From NCBI GenBank assembly GCA_002269645.1, contig NIVC01003211.1, positions 1 to 64,000 of the forward strand: DNA of 64,000 bases. Reading direction: 5' to 3'. This DNA is from Macrostomum lignano. Taxonomy: Eukaryota. Made by a program: the position numbers and the translations under genes. The notes below the pieces were generated by a model that worked only from the letters and a program-made list of their open reading frames with translations, was not told the DNA's origin and ran no database searches. Of the stretch, positions 49,251 through 62,003 are shown piece by piece (the stretch's first letter is position 1; the number at the start of each line of letters is the position of its first letter).

Positions 49251-49340
49251 CCCGTAAAGTTATCGGTCACGACAGTCAATGGTTATTGTATGGTAATTAT
49301 TCCTCGTCATTATTTTTGCGTTTTGTTAACACAAATAGCA
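49251..49340 (+). ncRNA. Candidate flatworm-type spliced-leader (SL) RNA gene or pseudogene
   Basis: A 42-nt leader-like segment CCCGTAAAGTTATCGGTCACGACAGTCAATGGTTATTGTATG ends in ATG and is directly followed by GTAATT (donor at 49293). An Sm-like ATTTTTG lies at 49312-49318, and a 3' hairpin GCGTTTTGT-TAAC-ACAAATAGC follows. The resemblance to a remembered Macrostomum SL is unverified. Confidence 0.45.
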
Positions 49341-50366
49341 ATTCTTAGGTGAGTGAATAACAAGCAAAAAATAATAATATTAATTTAATTTCAGGAATAC
49401 GCAAAACTATTGCTTCATCGTGGCATTTCACAACATATTTGAATTTCAGAATTTTAAGTTTATTTTTTTAGTACATTTATGCCATATTTTTTGCTGTACG
49501 AGTATCTAAACAGCATCAACATTCAAATCTAGTAGTAAGCTGCAGTGCAAAACAATTGGAAAAGGGGGAGATAAGTTTTAAACTTATACAGTGATTACAT
49601 TTATACTCGTTAAATTGCTCATGCATTGACCGGTTGGGAGGCTTAAATATATTGACAATATATTACTTGTAGTATGATATATAGGGCATTTGGAAACATC
49701 AGGCCAGCAATTGGACAGGATAAACATCACTGGGAGATCGATCTCTCACAGAAGCAAACCGGTGCATAGAATAATACCAAAGAAATACAGACAACGGACA
49801 AAAAAACAAACAAAAAATCATGAAATAAATGAATAGTTGAAGACGAAATTAACTACACATGCTTTTAGAAGTTCGGGGGCAACAAAAAATGCAAAAAAAC
49901 CACAAGTTTGGGGAGCGCCACGTGTTCGCAATTTCAGGCCAGGCACGGCAGAACAGTAGTCTGAACGCAATAACTTGTCGTGGGCTGTATGGGAAACCGA
50001 AAAAAACATTATGAACAGAAAGATGCGCATTGCACCGACTTCGGCGAATACAACGCAGGCAGTCCTCCTGGCACCAATAGCGGATTGCCGACGAAAATAA
50101 TCAGAATTTAGTAAAATGAAACTTTTACTAACGAATAGGGCCCGCTGTTGTCACATACCAAATGCACAAAAGCTCACAGACTAGCTCTTGTAGAATGTCG
50201 AAAAGTTTTACTTTCTTTTCGGCATGTTGAGGCATTTTTCAAGCTTTAGTCTCACACACAGGGGGACACAAGACCCTGCATCAGGATGATATTACTAACA
50301 GTAGCACAGCAAACTTCTAATCAGTGCCTTAAATTCCAACAACAGCCCGAGTCTCCCAACTGGGAG

Positions 50367-52652
50367 TTACAGCTGACCGGACTCGCGCAGGAACTGCTCA
50401 TAATCGGCGTACATATCGTCAGTCATGCTCTGCGAGGCGTTCGACACACTGCCAGCGGCAGCGAATCCGGCCGGCGGGCGGCCCCAGCCAGAGGCGCGCA
50501 GCTCCAGCAGCCTGATGATGTCGGTGGCCAGGGCCACGTCGCCAATACGGCAGTGGGCGACGGCCTGGCGCAGCTGGTCGTAGAGATTCTCCAACTGGCC
50601 GGCTGGAGACGCGCTGTCTTCGCCGCCACCGTTGACCGCGCCGGCAGCGGAGTTGGCGCAGTCGATGTCGAGAATTTCCCCCACGGACAGCAGAGCAGAT
50701 TGGATAGCACGGAAACCGGCCGGGCAGTCGGACAGGCCGGCCAGAAGGTTAAGAATCTGCAGCGACGACTGAAAATAGAATCCAAGATTGCTCTAGTTCA
50801 TTGCGTGAAACTGTCGTTTTTATTAATCTGTCGTTTCTTTGAAACCTGGTCGTTTCTATGAAACCTGGTCGTTTCTATGAAACCTGGTCGTTTCTATGAA
50901 ACCTGGTCGTTTCTATGAAACCTGGTCTTTTCTATGAAACCTGGTCGTTTCTATGAAACCTGGTCGTTTCTATGAAACCTGGTAGTTTCTATGAAACCTG
51001 GTCGTTTCTATGAAACCTGGTAGTTTCTATGAAACCTGGTAGTTTCTACGAAACCTGGTAGTTTCTATGAAACCTGGTCGTTTCTATGAAACTTGGTAGT
51101 TTCTATGTAACTGTCATAGCAAAAAATTCTTCTAAAATGCTTGAAATTTTCATAGCACCCTCACCCTTGCAATGGCTTGCTGTCGATCGGTTGGCGCGGT
51201 CGGGCTCGGCAAGCAAGCGTAGAGCAGACAGAAAAACAAAGCGTAGCCGGCCTTTTCTTCAGTGGCTGTCTTCTGCGCCACCAGATGGCGACAGAGGGCG
51301 TCATTCTCAACTGAGCAGTGGCGCATCAGGGCAAGGTAGAATGGCAGGTTGGATAGCGGACTTGAGCGGTCGAAAAGCTGGGGACTGTCCTAGTAGCGAA
51401 GGATGAAAAAACACAACGGGTTATACGTCATATACGACAATTTTACATGAAAAGTAGTTCTGCGAAACAAATATTTCTACGAAACAGGCGTTTCTACGAA
51501 ACAGGCGTTTCTACGAAACAGGCGTTTCTACGAAACAGGCGTTTCTACGAAACAGGCGTTTCTACGAAACAGGCGTTTCTACGAAACAGGCGTTTCTACG
51601 AAACAGGCGTTTCTACGAAACAGGCGTTTCTACGAAACAGGCGTTTCTACGAAACAGGCGTTTCTACGAAACAGGCGTTTCTACGAAACAGGCGTTTCTA
51701 CGAAACAGGCGTTTCTACGAAACAGGCGTTTCTACGAAACAGGCGTTTCTACGAAACAGGCGTTTCTACGAAACAGGCGTTTCTACGAAACAGGCGTTTC
51801 TACGAAACAGGCGTTTCTACGAAACAGGCGTTTCTACGAAACAGGCGTTTCTACGAAACAGGCGTTTCTACGAAACAGGCGTTTCTACGAAACAGGCGTT
51901 TCTACGAAACAGGCGTTTCTACGAAACAGGCGTTTCTACGAAACAGGCGTTTCTACGAAACAGGCTTTTGTACGAAACGGGAGTATCTACGAAGCAGGCA
52001 TTTATACATGTAAGGGCTTGCTACAGTTAAAAAGAGACTTGAACGAAAGGATTGGTTGAAACATTCTCCAGGACAGGAAGTTAGTAGCTCTTACACGCAC
52101 CTTTTCAGTTACAGTAAAGTTGAGCGCCAGGTAAGCCAGCAGCTCGGCAGCCAGATCGCAGAGGCCCCGGTCAGAGCTGGCCAGCCGCACAACAGACCTC
52201 ACCAACTGTTCGCAATCGCTTCGAGTTTTTGCCCACCTGCGCAGTTGAGTCAGACTGGCGCCCATCTTAACCTCCATCTGCTGCCGGTCCCCAGCTGAAC
52301 GCAGGCTGCTAATGAGGCCGGCCGCCAGCTGGGCTGCCGCATCGTCGCCGGATGGCGCAGCAGCCGACGCTGACGCAGTTGTCGACGGGCCGCCAACGCC
52401 GGCAGCCGATGGCGCGGGCACAAAGTCGGCTACGTTGACATTCCATTCGTGAGCGGCAACATCGGGGACAACGCTGCTGCCCCCGCCGCCGCCACCGCTG
52501 CCAAGGATCGGGCGGCCAACAGCTGCGTTGGAGGCGGCTGCGTTGGCATCAGCGAGGAAATGCCTGCCATGCTGCTGCTGCTGTTCCTGACTGCCAGCCT
52601 CCTGCGATTGGCTGGGCGACTTCCTCTGCTGCTGCTGTTCGCTCATGTCCAA
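50367..52652 (-). CDS. PAIP1: PAIP1-like poly(A)-binding-protein-interacting protein (PAM2-like + MIF4G-like); join(52652..52101, 51389..51165, 50768..50367), 392 aa
   Basis: PAM2-like WNVNVADFVP; helical middle region GYALFFCLLY; PAIP1-type LLELRASGWGR; acidic end MTDDMYADYEQFLRES. The middle exon 51389-51165 is absent from the ORF track but is open in phase 0 with AG/GT ends. Confidence 0.8.
50840..51110. repeat. 19-bp quasi-palindromic minisatellite (GAAACCTGGTCGTTTCTAT), ~14 copies, PAIP1 intron 2
   Basis: Visible units, each with a GAAAC..GTTTC stem. Confidence 0.96.
51478..51965. repeat. 17-bp quasi-palindromic minisatellite (GAAACAGGCGTTTCTAC), ~28 perfect copies, PAIP1 intron 1
   Basis: Visible perfect array. 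It explains ORF 51447..52013. Confidence 0.97.
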
Positions 52653-55186
52653 GTTGCTGACTGGTACTAAACTTTTATATTAATAATTTCACTGCCAAAA
52701 ATATGGGCCTCGAAAGATGCAACGAAACTGGAAAGAATTCAGTGGGCTAAACTTGAAGGTGAATAATTGTTGAAAGCACATATTAGTGTCGACAATGAAA
52801 GAATTTAGGTTCATGCTACTTGAAATAAAGCCATTAAACTGGTATTCTCACTCATTAAAATAATGGGATATTTTTTAAATAAAGTCAAACGTGTGGGTTT
52901 CCAATAGCAACAAACATTCAGATTCAGACAGACATTGAAAAAATGCCTATAAATTTGGAATAATTTAGATCCAATATACAGAGAATCATCTTGAAATTGT
53001 TAAGAACCCCCCCCCCTTACATCAGAGTCAAAGTAGTTTAATTGATGGCTAGAAAGGCTTACAAAAAAATAAGTTTAATTATCTTTTTAATAAAATACTG
53101 GCTTTTATTCCTGGTACTAACGAAATAATTATAAATATTACTAACAAAGTTGTATGTTTTTAATTAATTTTGCATAATACTACACGTTATTTAGATTTAG
53201 GCAAAGACTAAAGGCTGCAAAAAAGCCTAAATCTAATTTGATAGATAATTTAATTTTCCAAGATATAATGGGTGTCATTAACATTAAGCTCATTGTGAAA
53301 ATATGGATGAATTGTCTCTGTTGACTTCAATCTGTCTCTTATGTTAATTGGCAAGAGTACAATAATTATTTAGGTTCTGCTACTCATCTGACAGCTTATT
53401 TCCAGCATGAGGCTGTCAATATGCATTTTGACTTAGTTCCTGATGACCATCTCAACAAGTTTTCCTTCCAAAGAAGAAGCATTTATTTTTTGCTTTTTGA
53501 GACCAATGTCTGCATATGGCTATATAGATTAGAATATAATTTGAGGAGCTAAATTATGGCTTTAGCCACTCCATTCACTCCATGCACTTCATTCCCAAAG
53601 ACTACCAAAATGGAGATTTTTTTCTAATTTCTATGCTTGCAGCTGGGAAAAGAAATAACTTTAAGAAATTGTATGACTATGTGGAATTGGCTTTGGTGGG
53701 CCACATATAGCATCCAGGCTTTGCCCAGGCAACCACTTCATGAAGGTGAGCCTCATTTTTAGCAGAACAAATCATTTGAACCAACACATAGCTCCAATGA
53801 ATACCAGCAAATCAATGGGAATGCTGAAGCCCAGCTAGCCACTGGCCAAGTGATCAATAATAAGAGAGCTGGCAGTCAAAAACAGTTACCCTACTGCTTC
53901 TACTGGGACACATGAAGGTCAATTTGTTATGGAATTAATAATTCCAAGTATGTTTTTAGGAGCCAGCACTAAATGAGGCTCTCTGCAAATCATTGAGATC
54001 TATATTGTCTTGTTGCCTGCGCATGAGGGGGTACTATCATATTAGTATGGTAGAATCTAGAAAAAATGCACAAATTTCTGGATGGTAAGGGCTGAGTGCA
54101 AAATGCAAGGGTGCAAGAGAGAACTTACTTTTTTAATGAAGGAAGAACTCCAATTACAAGAATGCTGGGAGTGGTACATTATTGGACGAGGTCTTTTTGA
54201 CCACTCAAAAGACAAATAATCTATGTTTACAAGAATAAGAGGAAGAGGAAGAACATTTGACAAAATCTATCACAGAGCATAGGGCACCAAGAGTGCATCA
54301 AAGCTATCTAGTGAAGATTGGCACATGCATAACATGGCGGTTTTCAGTTCACACTGCGCTAGCCTATCATGCTGGCATGAGTGGTTATTACAGCACTGGA
54401 GCAAACAGTTACAGTAACAGTGTAGTGTGTACTACTTGAGCAAAAACTTTAATTCATGCAAATTGACATCTGTTATGGAAAGGATTGCCAAAAAGGTAAA
54501 TGAGGAAAAATTACTATATAAGGACATAAATATAGAATTACTAATTATGCAGACTGCTCTGCAAGAAGAATACCCATGAGTACTTGCCAGGAATAGTTAG
54601 AGTGCTGCACTAATTCCTTGCATGTTATTCTGTACTTTGGTTACCAACTGCAATACTTAATCAAACTAATATAGGAAAATAAGTTTACTATTCTTCATAT
54701 TGATACAACCAGATTGATAATTAAAAAGTGGATTATTTGGATATGTATTCCTACACACAGCAAAGCAAATTAGGGACACTTTTTGAGGTACTTTTACAGA
54801 GTTGTGACTATTAAGTTAGCAGACAAAATAAAGTCAACAATTTGGGATGCAACAAACTTTTTTGACTAAGTCTGCAAAAGTATGCCAGCATATAATGTCC
54901 AAACCCTATAATAGCAAAGATGATTAGCAAGGCACCTACTTAGATGGCCAGTCTGAGGAAAGAGATCAAGAAGATAAAAATAGTACTAATGAGGACAAAA
55001 CAAATAGTTTATAATACAACTGATTGCCTTTTTATAAGTACTTTAATGCATGAGAACATTAATAGCTAATAGCACTAGGGAAGTAGAGGAAGTTGCTATC
55101 AATAACAAACTGCACTCACCAGAGATAGTCAAAATGTTTATCATCCAATACCTCTCCTACTTTTCTTTATAGGCTGCCTATGTCTG

Positions 55187-57300
55187 CACTGTAAATCTGA
55201 AAGGTCCAAACAGGGTCCATATTATAATTTTGGACCCTTCACCAAAAAGGTCCAAAAATAAATTATTTAAAATATTAAAAAAGACATTTTTGACTTCTGT
55301 TTAGAAGAAATACAACCAAATATGCTTTTAAAACTGTAATTAGCTAATTGACAATTGAACTTTATCTGTCTTTAACTAGGTAAAAAATACATAAAAACAT
55401 TACTTGTAATTTTAAAAAGTGAACCACTTAATAACTATGGTATTGTGTGCATTAAAAAAGTAATAGTTTACATAAATTTGTTTTTAATTGAGATATTGAA
55501 TCCTCAGATTTAGGTAATTTAAAAGGAAATTTTTTTATTCTGTTTTTGTTGAGTCCTAGTTTTCACTGATCAAAGTGTCAATTGAAGTTTAAAGTTTGTT
55601 TTTTAGTGAGCTGGCACTCTTTGTTCTCAATGAAAGCTCAGTGCAGTAATATAATTGTTATTAATTTCATTGGTTACTTAGTCATTTTACTTCTTTATAT
55701 TCTCAAGGAAATAGTTTATATATATATTTTTTTCTACTTATTCTATTTAATATTTATTGATATAAGTTGCAAGTATATTATATATTTTTGTATTTTGTGC
55801 ATTCTTGGTCAGTCTCAGTTCAGTACTTTTTACTTTGCAATAAATTATTTATTAAGAAAGCAATTGATAGGCTTAGCTAGCTACACCTAGCTAGGCATTA
55901 GTATATAAAACTGGGCCTAATGATGCTGCTAATACTTATAAGGGATAATAATTTAGGACTGAGGGGATTTAGATGTACTGCATGTGCTTTTTCTAATAAG
56001 TGTTTATTTCAGTTTATTAGTCATATTAAGCTTCATCATTCTGTTGGTTGTATATGTTTTTTATGTCCAGTTGAGGGATGTTTCCATAGTAGTACTACTA
56101 TTGAAGGACTTCAAGCTCATGCATATCATATACATAAGAAAAACAATACCTTTCTTAGTCAGTAGTGACAATGTGTTATTAAAAAATTTAGAACTATATT
56201 GCTCTCTCTAGAGCGTTATGGACAAGCATTCAAGCAAGCATACAAACCTTAGAGATTTAGTATATTTAGATTAGAAGAAGTAATAGTACTAATGACAATG
56301 AGAATTTTGAAGAATTTGAAAATAATCTGGATACTAGCAATATTTAAACTATTACTATTGCCAGTATTGGCATTAATAATCCTAGTTTTGTAGCTTTAGG
56401 TCAAGGGCAAGAAAATAAGCATACTATGATAAATGAGCAAGAATGTAAATATTCTGTTGAAGATATCCATAATAATATCAGAATTAATCTTGCAGAAAGT
56501 TTTGTTCAATTTTATTTAAAGTCTAATTATTTTTTTGAATCCCAAAGCAAATATCTGGCTAGTTCTGTAAGTTATTTAAAGAAATAATAGTAAAATTTGC
56601 TGAAGACTATCTTTCACTATTTGAACAATTCCTAATAAAGGAATTTCCCTGTTTTGTTAGTAGTTTTAATAGTCAAAGGTATTTTAGATCTTGAAGAAAT
56701 GATAGATTTATCATTAGAACATCTGCTTTCTAATCAAAAGATATTAGATATTTTATATACAAGTTTTAATTTAGTTCAACCTATGCAAGTTCCTAATAAT
56801 ATTGTAAAATATTCAAAAAGTAAAGTTAAATAAAATGCTAAATAAAATACTTGGCTCAATTATTAATGAAATATTATTGCAATATATGATTTCTAATCCA
56901 AATCTATGCCTTGATAATGGCAGTGACTTTTTCAGTCTTTTTATTATAAAGAACATATTGGCAATTATATACCAAATAAAAAAGGTTTATTTTTTTAATT
57001 TTATTCAGATGAGATTGAAGTTTGCAACCCAATTGGTTCTACCAGTCTGCCAGAAACTGCCAGGACCAGGATGCTGTCTTAAGATGGGCAATCATGGCAT
57101 AGAGTATTAGTAAATGGGACAAACTTAGTTTTTGAGAACAAAACTGATTTCATTGTTGCTTTTATCATTGTATACATTGCTTTTAACCTCCAGCACATTC
57201 TCACCCTCAAGGCTTTCCTGGAAGTAGTGGAGGTTCTGGCTGGACTTTGAAAAAGAGCTTCCAGGAGGCCTGCTGCACTTCTGCTTGACACTCTTCAGTA
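55187..57300 (+). mobile_element. Decayed, internally deleted EnSpm/CACTA-type DNA transposon
   Basis: CACTGTAAA at 55187 is followed by GGTCC/GGACC subterminal repeats. Two C2H2 fingers lie in ORF 55920..56165 (CTAC-x12-HIKLH and CPVEGC-x12-HAYHIH). The transposase motif FYSDEIEVCNPIGS is at ~56999-57040. It runs directly into a tail, DFIVAFIIVYIAFNLQH..AFLEVVEVLAGL, like the accessory ORF of animal EnSpm. The right TIR was not found. Confidence 0.65.
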
Positions 57301-58309
57301 GATTTGTATTTTAAAATTTGTTCTTTAAAGACTCATTGCATTGCTTGCAGATTTGTATATTAAATTATCCAATTAACTTGTTTTGGGCCTTGGGGTCACA
57401 TAGGACTGCATGGATGATTTAAGGGGTTTAAAAATGTAATTTAATTTAATTTAATCGAATTTTAGTAAGCTCTTTGCTTTTTTATCTCCTACTTTTTCCC
57501 TGAGCAATTGGAGCATCTAAAGGGAAGCAAGTTTAGAACTGTAGCAAGAATATGCATCTAGCAAAAAGACACATTTTCACATGACATGCTGACATGTTTA
57601 TTTGGCTACAATTTATTGCTTGATAAGTGCACTATATTGATTACATTTTTGCAAAGAAATTGAATGCTGTATACCAACATATTAAGAATATGACCAATTT
57701 CATAGAAACCAAGCAACCCCTTTGCAAGTTTTGCAAGTTCTGTGGCTTGGAAAAGCTTGCTATCCAAAGGAAGCAAATTGAATAGGTAACTTAATGCTTG
57801 ATATATGCATTTTATATATAGAAAAGGATTCAACCAGCTTGCAAGTCATTTTTGCAAAATTTTAGATTGAATGCCTTTCTTACCTTTTTGGTTTCACAAA
57901 ATATATTAGAATAGCTAGAAAAGCATGGCAAATGTTTGCTTCAATTGTGTCAGACTTGATGCATAAAATGTTAACTATGCTACATAAGGAAAGAGACAAT
58001 GCAATTATTTTGAATGAGGTTTGACATGATATTTATATTATAAGGTGCTTTATGTTTTGTTGCACAAATGTTTCAATGCTTATATTCTGGAATTGATTCT
58101 TAGTTGCTGAAAAGATTGTTCCTATATCTAAATTGATGGCACTAATTTTGTTTGACTTTATTGATATAGACAGCTATTTAGCAAAATTATTCTTAGCTAT
58201 AAATTGTGATAGTGAATCACTTTGAAACTGATTTGATTGTGTGGTAGGCAGATTGGTTTCTTAGGCAGATTAGGCACTCAATTAAACTGTGGGGAAGTCT
58301 AAAAATCAT

Positions 58310-58530
58310 AATATTTCTTCTTGGATGACTCAGCAGATTTGCAAAAATTTTTCGCCATTTTGAAAGTTAGCTTAGGTTTTTATTTCTTCTAGTAGTTGCT
58401 TGACAACTTTGCTGTCTTAATGACTTGTGACAATCCAATTACATAGTTGGCACTCTAGACAGTGGGTGCAGAATCTTAAAAAGTTGCATTTACTTGCAAT
58501 TTCTTATAAGGCTACCTTTGTTGTTTCCTT
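58310..58530 (-). mobile_element. Heavily mutated Ty3/gypsy gag relic
   Basis: VAL*EIASKCNF..CLECQLCNWIVTSH*DSKVVKQLLEE..LTFKMAKNFCKSAESSK resembles the gag consensus L(R)..A..CEF..LRDRLV.G.RD..I..RLL...LT...A...C.AAE. Confidence 0.6.
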
Positions 58531-58674
58531 TGCTTCCTTGTGTTGCTCTTTTGCTAACCTTAAATGCTGGCTGGCACTTTTTGTTTTTTAATATTCTTCC
58601 CAATAATAATAAAAGTAATACTATTATTAATATTAATAAAAATAAAGTTCAATATATTTAAAACATCCCTAAAA

Positions 58675-59100
58675 ATTGTTGCTACAAGATATATCTTTAA
58701 TTATGAAGAATCTTATTGTTTAAGGTATCTTTTAAAGCAAAGACATGTTTAAAGCAGCTGTGCAATTTTTATATAGAAAGAGCAAAGTATGACAATGCAT
58801 AAGCTTTTTAAAAAATTATTTGGTACATTTTAAAACATTGTAACAATCATTGCTAGGGAATATTTTAGCTTGTGAAGCATCTTTGTTGGTGTTTGATATG
58901 TATTTTAAAGCAGAGACATATGTAAAGCAACTGTGCAATTTTCATGCAGAAAAAAACTAAGTGTGACAATGCAATAGCTTTTCAAAAATGATTATATACA
59001 TTTTTGATATCTTTAAAAATGTTATACCAATAGTTGCTAGGGAATATCTCAGCTTAAGAAGCATCTTTGCTGGTGTTTGAGGTGTCCTTTTAAAACAGAA
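58675..59100. repeat. About 2.5 diverged copies of a ~184-bp unit
   Basis: TGCTAGGGAATA..GAAGCATCTTTG..TTTTAAA(G/A)CAG recurs at 58851 and 59035. The AAAGCA(G/A)CTGTGCAATTTT block also recurs. Confidence 0.75.
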
Positions 59101-61448
59101 ATGAATATAAAAATGTCTAAAAATTTATATTGTCTTATATAAATTTATTAATATAAGAAATTAATATATCAAATAGACAATAGACAATATATTAAATAAA
59201 CAATTAAATTAAATATATTTAATATATTAAATAGAAAATTTTGTTAAACATTGTGATTAAACAATATCTAAACGTTTTTTTCATAAAACTAATATATGTA
59301 AAAAAGCTTAATTAAAATATTAATTAAAAACATGCTTTCAAACAAAAATGATCATATTGTCTAATACTAACAGGTCAAATAAGTAATTCCTTAGTTTGCC
59401 ACATTAAATTATCTTTATCTATTTTCTTTGTTGTCAATATAAATCATGGCTAGACAACCTAAGTACCTATAACTATAATACTTCTTATCAATTTATAGCT
59501 ATTAGCTGATCTCTATGACTTTGATATTACTCACAGATATCTATATAAGCTAGTGCTATTGTGGTAGGCCAGTCTACCACTAGGAGAACGATGGTAGACC
59601 TTCAACACGGACAAGGCGCACTGTTATTATTTTCCAGCCACTGACAGCTGACGTCACTTAATTTCAATGTATGTCCCCTTGACTATTCCCCTTTTGTCCC
59701 CGCCTTTGCTCCTTTGCTTGCTTCCTTTGCTGCTTTTTCCTGTGCTCTTTTGTTATTATACCGCTTCCAACAGCCAGGTTTTTCCTTTTTCCTTTAGGTG
59801 TCTCTTCCCTTGTCCCTTCCGTTGTCTTACCCTCTAGGTTTAGCTGTGTCATTTAATATTTAAGTGTTGCATGAAACCAATCTTGCTCTCATGTGTCTCC
59901 TTTACTCTGTCTTACTCTGTTTAGCTTGTTTTGCCCTAGCTCTTAGCGTCTAATTGTTTTATTAATTTGTTGCTCACTTTCGGCATTGCTGATTTGCCTC
60001 ACTCGTATGTCAACCAACAATAGTAATAATAATCCTTTAGTACTTGAATTGTAACTACTCATTATCCAGTGCATAATACTATAAATAATAACAAGCCAAA
60101 AGTTACATCAAATATTTATTCATTCATTCCTAATTGAAGCCTCTAGTCTATATTGAGTCATTTGCCCATGGGGCATAAAATAACCAATCAGTCTCAACTC
60201 AAAGAAAGCTCTGAGACCCTCAACATTCTGTAATATGAAATTATGGCGGTGGTAGCACTACTTTATTACTGAGAGTAACAAACCAAATGTATTGACAGAT
60301 TACGGAATTTATGGTATTTGAGGGCCCAATTTGAATGACCATGCTGTTAAAAGACTACTTGACTGCGATTACAACTAGGCCTACCCTTGCTCCTGGAATT
60401 GAGGACCCCGGCAGATGGAGCATCCAAGGAGAAGGATCAGCGCTTCAGTTTATAAAAATTTTTGGCTTTACAAGTGCTGAAACAATATCGATGGAAGTCA
60501 AAGTTCAAAACCACTCATTTTCCAGTGTTAGCTAATGACAGCAACTGACGATGTTCAAATTCAAACCCAACTCCCAAGTTTATTTCTTTTTCTATCCCAC
60601 CTCACTATTAGCAATGGATACTAAGTTAATTATACAATGGCTAGCTAATTATCATTTGATAGCCAACTTATAGGACTATAGCCACTATTTTGAAACTATA
60701 GGTATATAGCTTTAATATTGGAGCAGAGCTTGCTATATTGATAGATATACATATAATTAGTCTTATCTTACCTATCAAACCTAGTCTTTTATTATCCACA
60801 TCCAGAAGGTTAGCTTCTTTGAAAAAATATTCTAATACTAGGTTACCTAATAGTATTACTACTATATCATAGTCTAGATCATGGCAAATACATGTTAGAA
60901 TATCCCAAACCAAAATTTACAAATGCATACCAATCTTAAGCAAATATATATCAAAGCCAAACAAATCCATAGCATATGTGTTAATGGACTAGGAAGGAGA
61001 ATATTATAAAATATTTTAAACTATACAAAAGGCCAATGAATGGAGATCTAATATAATTCATTCAAAACTTAATTTTAAACTTGTGCCATTGCCCATTGTG
61101 GTTGTACTTAGCAACATTGAAAAGTCACCACTCTAGGCCTATATACTAATGAGCAATTTCTGTTAGACTATTTAGAAATAAAAGATATGAAATAAATTTA
61201 TTTTATAGGCATAGGCTATAAATTTAGCTTCATAGCAACATAGCTCTTCATTGCAGTCAAATCACAAAAAAACATTTTTTCTAAGTACTTGCCCTCAATT
61301 TTTGGATTTTGCCATAGAGTTAGGCCCTAAATGGATAGCCTAGGCTATATAGCAAAGCATTCTGCTATCCATATGAAGGCTAAGATTAAGAAGCCCTAAT
61401 TTACTTAATAGACTCATTTTAGACTGTATGTTATTATGGCACTGAACT

Positions 61449-62003
61449 CCATGGTCAGGAAGGTGCAGCGTGTGCGCCGGAATAACATCCATCAAAATTT
61501 TTGTTGTGCGCCGCGTGCGCCGAGAAAAAAAAATTACTTGTGCGCCATGCGCTGAGAAAAATACACTTAAAAAAGCACCATCAAGTATTAAGTATCTAAA
61601 TTGAATCAATATCAATGGAAGTTCAAGCAGTTCAATCATAGCTTCTATTTGCAAAATATAAGCAAAAAGACGCAACAAAAGCCGCGAAAGGCGCAAATTT
61701 GTTAAGTTTGTTAAGTCGATTAATGAAATTTGAAATAGAAACAACATTGGAAATAACGACTATCGTATCGACTATCGTTTATTTTATTGATTGATTGACA
61801 TTTAATATACAATATCATTATTATATTGTCACGTACACTGACGTACCTTGTGCGCCATGCGCCGAGCCATGCACCGATGCACCGAGCCATGCGCCGATGC
61901 GCCGAGCCCATGCGCGCGGCGCAGTGAAGTGTGCGCCGTGCGCCGGCAAATTGCTGATTTGCGCCGGAAAATTCCGAGGATTCTACCGTCTTCCTGGCTG
62001 TGG
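61449..62003. mobile_element. 555-bp non-autonomous DNA transposon with an 8-bp TSD
   Basis: An exact TSD ACTGAACT lies at 61441-61448 and 62004-62011. TIRs are CCATGGTCAGGAAG and CCACAGCCAGGAAG. Many internal GTGCGCCG subterminal repeats are present. Confidence 0.85.

Noticed and set aside
50840-51965. CRISPR-like appearance of the palindromic 17- and 19-bp repeats (also the 28- and 30-bp arrays)
   Set aside because: The units are contiguous with no unique spacers, there are no cas genes, and the context is eukaryotic introns.
53240-54600. Possible integrase remnant on the minus strand (RKKSPFW, NGVAKAII, CYAC)
   Set aside because: Motif spacing is wrong and there are too many stops to assign by eye. 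It is probably decayed TE but unsupported.
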